A stretch of DNA of 64,000 nucleotides from an uncultured Gemmatimonadaceae bacterium (GTDB lineage Bacteria > Gemmatimonadota > Gemmatimonadetes > Gemmatimonadales > Gemmatimonadaceae). A program made the position numbers and the translations under genes. The notes beneath the pieces were generated by a model. It was given only the letters and a program-made list of their open reading frames with translations. It was not told the origin of the DNA and ran no database searches. The stretch is from positions 414,675-478,674 of the forward strand of contig CAWBOC010000006.1 of the NCBI GenBank assembly GCA_963790305.1, given 5' to 3'. Of this stretch, positions 60,642 to 64,000 are shown in pieces; positions within the stretch are counted from its first letter, which is position 1; every line of letters begins with the position of its first letter.

Positions 60642-61415
60642 TCATGAGATCCCCTTCCCGCGAACCGGTCGCATGATCACGAAATTCTGCGCGAGCAGCG
60701 CTTCCGCGCTGTCTACGCGTCCGCCGGCGCCACACAGGACGTAGTCGTACTCCCGGGTTAGCTTGAGAATCGACTCGGGTGTTGCGCCGAGCGAGCGGCC
60801 CCAGTGCAGCTCGAGTACGATCACGGGGCGGGCCACACGCAACGTTGAACTTGCCCCCCGCAGAAGCAGAAGTTCGGCGCCTTCCACATCGACCTTCATC
60901 ACCGACGGCGTCAACCCCTGAGCCTCAAGGACCTCGTCCAGCGTCATGACTGGCACATCGACGGACTCACCTTTATCGGCCGATGCCCCGAGGCGATTTG
61001 TGGCGGCGGAAGGTCCATCGAGCATGAACCGCGCGGTACCGCGGTGATCGCCAAGGGCACCGTGAAACGGAACGATGCGCGCTGGGCCTCCCGCCACTCT
61101 GGCGCAGTCCGCGAGAATATCGAACGTCGCTGGCGACGGCTCGATCGCCAGAATTGTCGCACCAGCAGGCATTTCGGGAGCCGCCAGTATCGACCAAACG
61201 CCAACGTTCGCGCCTGCATCCACGGCCACACTTTGGCCTCGCACGGCCTCCAACCAGTATCGCAACGCCGGAGCATCTATCTCGCGGGGTAGCCCCCGGG
61301 CAACGGACGAAGACACGCGGTACCGCTTCGAGTTTATCCAAACGACGACACCCCGCCGGCGAAAGGCTCGAACGTACACGGCGCGCGCAAATCGCCGGAG
61401 TTTTTGACGTAGCAT
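60642..61415 (-). CDS. FkbM-family methyltransferase
   Basis: VDAGANVG, AIEPSP, TLDEV, MKVDVEGAELLLLRG. Confidence 0.88.
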   Translation of the reverse strand: MLRQKLRRFARAVYVRAFRRRGVVVWINSKRYRVSSSVARGLPREIDAPALRYWLEAVRGQSVAVDAGANVGVWSILAAPEMPAGATILAIEPSPATFDILADCARVAGGPARIVPFHGALGDHRGTARFMLDGPSAATNRLGASADKGESVDVPVMTLDEVLEAQGLTPSVMKVDVEGAELLLLRGASSTLRVARPVIVLELHWGRSLGATPESILKLTREYDYVLCGAGGRVDSAEALLAQNFVIMRPVRGKGIS

Positions 61416-61478
61416 TCCGTTTCGATTGTGAGTGCGATCCCTTGAACGCAGGACCGTAGATCGCGAGACTACGAGCAC

Positions 61479-61552
61479 GGGCCCTTAGCTCAGCCGGTTA
61501 GAGCAGCGGACTCATAATCCGACGGTCGCAGGTTCGATCCCTGCAGGGCCCA
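61479..61552 (+). tRNA. tRNA with CAT anticodon, most likely tRNA-Ile2 (lysidine)
   Basis: GGGCCCTTAGCTCAG...GGACTCATAATCC...GTTCGATCCCTGCAGGGCCCA. Paired 1:72 (not initiator) and ileX-like stem. Confidence 0.88.
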
Positions 61553-61783
61553 TTCTCCCTCCCTCCTATACGTCAGCGTTCGCCGCGCGTTATGACGCGC
61601 TGGCTGCACGCCCGTAGACCCCGCCTGACGAGAGGTTGCGGCGCCGCCCCCCCCTTTGTTCATTCTGCAGCGTTAGGCGCATTCGTCGGAGTCGTCGCTC
61701 ACCGGCATGGCGGACGACCCCGACCTGATGTCGCTTCGCGCCGGCGCGGCCATGCGCGCACTCTCAATCTGTGAGGCTTTCCA

Positions 61784-62464
61784 ATGCGACGTCGCTTCGG
61801 GTCGGCTCTCGCGCTGACGGCCGCTTTACTGGTTGCGGCCTGCCAGGATCGCGCGCCAGACTCTTCCCCCCACCGGTCCCACTTTCAACGCGGACGGGGC
61901 ACCACCCAGTGCGAGGGCACGCTCCCCCCTGGGACCTATGACAACATTGTCGTCCTGCCAAAGGGCACGTGCACGCTCCGCGAAGTTGTCGTACTGCGGA
62001 ACGTGACCGTCCTTCCTACGGGTCACCTCGTCATGACGAACTATGATATTCGCGGGGAAGTCCTCGGGCACAACGCAGGCCAGATCATCATGCAGTCGGG
62101 GAGAGTCGTTGAGAGTATTCGCCTCAAGGGCGGTGCGTCGCCGGGCGTCGGCGCATCGATCCACAGCACCGTTGTCGAGCGCGGGAATATCGAGATCGAG
62201 CTGATGGAAACGGGCATCATCTTCGTCGGGTTCAACGAGGTCCCCAACGGGAGGATCTACGTCGCGGACAACAGGACGGACCTGTTCCTCCAGGTCGCAT
62301 TTAACACAGTCGGCGAGACAGTGGAAGTATACCGGAATAGCGGACCGAGCCCAAAGACGACCGATTTCAACACGGCGGGCCTCGCGGTTCGGTGCGAGGG
62401 CAACGAGCTCCCGTACGTGGGCGGGCCTAACGTCGCCCCGTCGCGCAATGGGCAATGCTTCTGA
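61784..62464 (+). CDS. Hypothetical lipoprotein with beta-helix-like repeats
   Basis: Lipobox VAAC; repeated V..N/G.I.. units; terminal CxGN...GQC. Confidence 0.7.
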   Translation: MRRRFGSALALTAALLVAACQDRAPDSSPHRSHFQRGRGTTQCEGTLPPGTYDNIVVLPKGTCTLREVVVLRNVTVLPTGHLVMTNYDIRGEVLGHNAGQIIMQSGRVVESIRLKGGASPGVGASIHSTVVERGNIEIELMETGIIFVGFNEVPNGRIYVADNRTDLFLQVAFNTVGETVEVYRNSGPSPKTTDFNTAGLAVRCEGNELPYVGGPNVAPSRNGQCF

Positions 62465-64000
62465 GCCGCCGCGAGGCCCCAGTTGGCGGTCTCCTCAGCG
62501 CGGGGGGTTCATCTGGGCCTCGGTTGGAGATCCCGCGGCCGCGGAAACGGAAATCGGCACGAGCGAGCCCACCCGGCGCGCGACGCGCACGAGGGTCGGA
62601 ACGTGCAAGCGCCTGCCCACGTACCTGCGAAACATCCCCTGCAGCCTGAAGGCCGAGGCTCAAGACCAGCAGTAGCAGATAGACGGCGATCAACGTAAAC
62701 ACAGCGGTGAACTCACCGTGGCCGCCGAGCATCATGAACATCATGATGACCGCCAACGCCCCACCGATGACATTGCGGGATCCCTCCTCCCAGAAGTTAG
62801 TGCGCGTCCAAATGAGACCATAGACTGCCCCCAGGATCGGGCAACCCGATAAAGACGCCTAGCCAACCCCAGTTTAGGTAGAGCTCTCCGGCCTGCGTCA
62901 TGTTGATGGATGTGTTCGCCCATCCGTCGGGTGTCTCCACACCCTGACCGATCTTGATCGCGTACCAGGTTCCCAGCGCAATTCTGGGCTTCTCCGGCCA
63001 CAGAAAGCGCGGTGTGAGCACGACGCCGAGATAGGAGAATGTCTGGCCGTCGAGAAATCCATCGCGCTCGACCAGCCGCCCTATCTGCGAGAGCTGGTTG
63101 AACGAGGTCAGTCGCAATACGACCGTGTTCCGCCATGCAGCGTCGGGTTGCTGCTCGCGCGTTTCCCGATACGCCACCAAATCGGGAATCTTTTCTCGTC
63201 CGGTTGCCCGGCCCCTCGTCTCCCCAAGGAGGCCGTAGTTCAGCGCCCAGAACATGCCAACTCCTATGGCGGGCAGCATCGCTCTCAAGGGCAGCGCACG
63301 CAGCGATCGCGCACCCAGCACCGCTCCGCTCAGGAACGCGAACATGGGGAACGCGATGTCGCCACGCAGATACCCGAAGAAAAAGCCCCGCGCGGATTCC
63401 GCGAGCGCTACAACGAGGCCCAACCAAAGCAGCGCGGGCTGCTTGCGCTCCGCCCCCATGCGCGCCAGGCAGAAGGCAACCAAGTTGGGTGACCAGGTAA
63501 GCAGGAACCCGGCTGTGCCGCGTACACCATAGGGCCGAAGGGCGTACAGAATGGATATCGAGAGCGCCAGCGGCACGCCGAACACCACGAGGGCTCGCGG
63601 AGTAAACGAGCTTGAGATCCGCGGAAGCTGTGCCCCGACGAACTTCCCTAGTGGATGATACTGCACGGCCCAGAAGCCAAGCACCGGGAGGACCGCCATC
63701 GCGAGTCCCAGAAGGGCAGCTAACGCTAGGTACTCCTCAGCCGTGTACAGGAAAAACGCTTCATGAGTGGGGCCGTCGCGTGCGAGCATGCCGACAACGT
63801 CGGCGAGAGCCGTCGTTGCCGCGACGAGGGAAAACACGGTCATGTTCGTCAGTCCACCGCGCCGCGCGCGCGCGAGATCGACGGAGACCAGTGCGCACGT
63901 AACGCCGAACGTGCCGACGTAGATCAAAGTCGGTACGCCCTTGCCAAAGCCAATGCACACGGTCAGAGCACCGACCAATGCTCCTGCGAAAGCGAATCGC
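62427..64000 (-). CDS. Polytopic membrane protein, Wzy-like polysaccharide polymerase (5' truncated; frameshift ~62830)
   Basis: Many TM segments, LTPRFLWPEKP, GELYLNWGWLG. The 3' end is uncertain. Confidence 0.6.

Overview
High-GC bacterial chromosome segment. Gene content and order suggest Gemmatimonadota (inference, not verified). It is mostly core genes, nearly all on the minus strand: tyrA-aroA-cmk; a long run from mlaE/F/D through obgE, dprA, hemW, hrcA, dnaJ, prmA, rsmE, mutS2, dnaG, recJ, rsmD, coaD, pta, an RsbV/W/U module and rsmA; arcA; infC-rpmI-rplT-pheS-pheT-zapA-rny-folD-xseAB-ispA-dxs-nadK-recN; and tRNA-Gly, -Leu and -Ile2. Small accessory patches of secreted or surface proteins lie near the tRNAs. 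I saw no integrase, transposase, CRISPR array or rRNA. Several genes in the right half (recJ, dnaG, mutS2, EamA, mlaE, heptose kinase, Wzy-like) carry single-base frameshifts that are most likely sequencing errors. Most interesting signals: (1) a two-gene unit at 2482-3635 with a near-consensus promoter and clustered CCGAA/TTCGG operator-like sites, encoding a small Cys/His protein and a Rad52/Sak/DdrA-family annealase fused to a Zn ribbon and an SSB-like DQIPF tail, a candidate DNA-damage module; (2) about 12 dispersed elements of 7-, 9- or 11-nt tandem units, often followed by their reverse complement, that sit at gene junctions and rewrite protein C-termini; (3) candidate structured RNAs, a 6S-like rod between zapA and rny and an L20-type leader before an ATT-initiated infC; (4) a perfect Rex operator between divergent arcA and rex.
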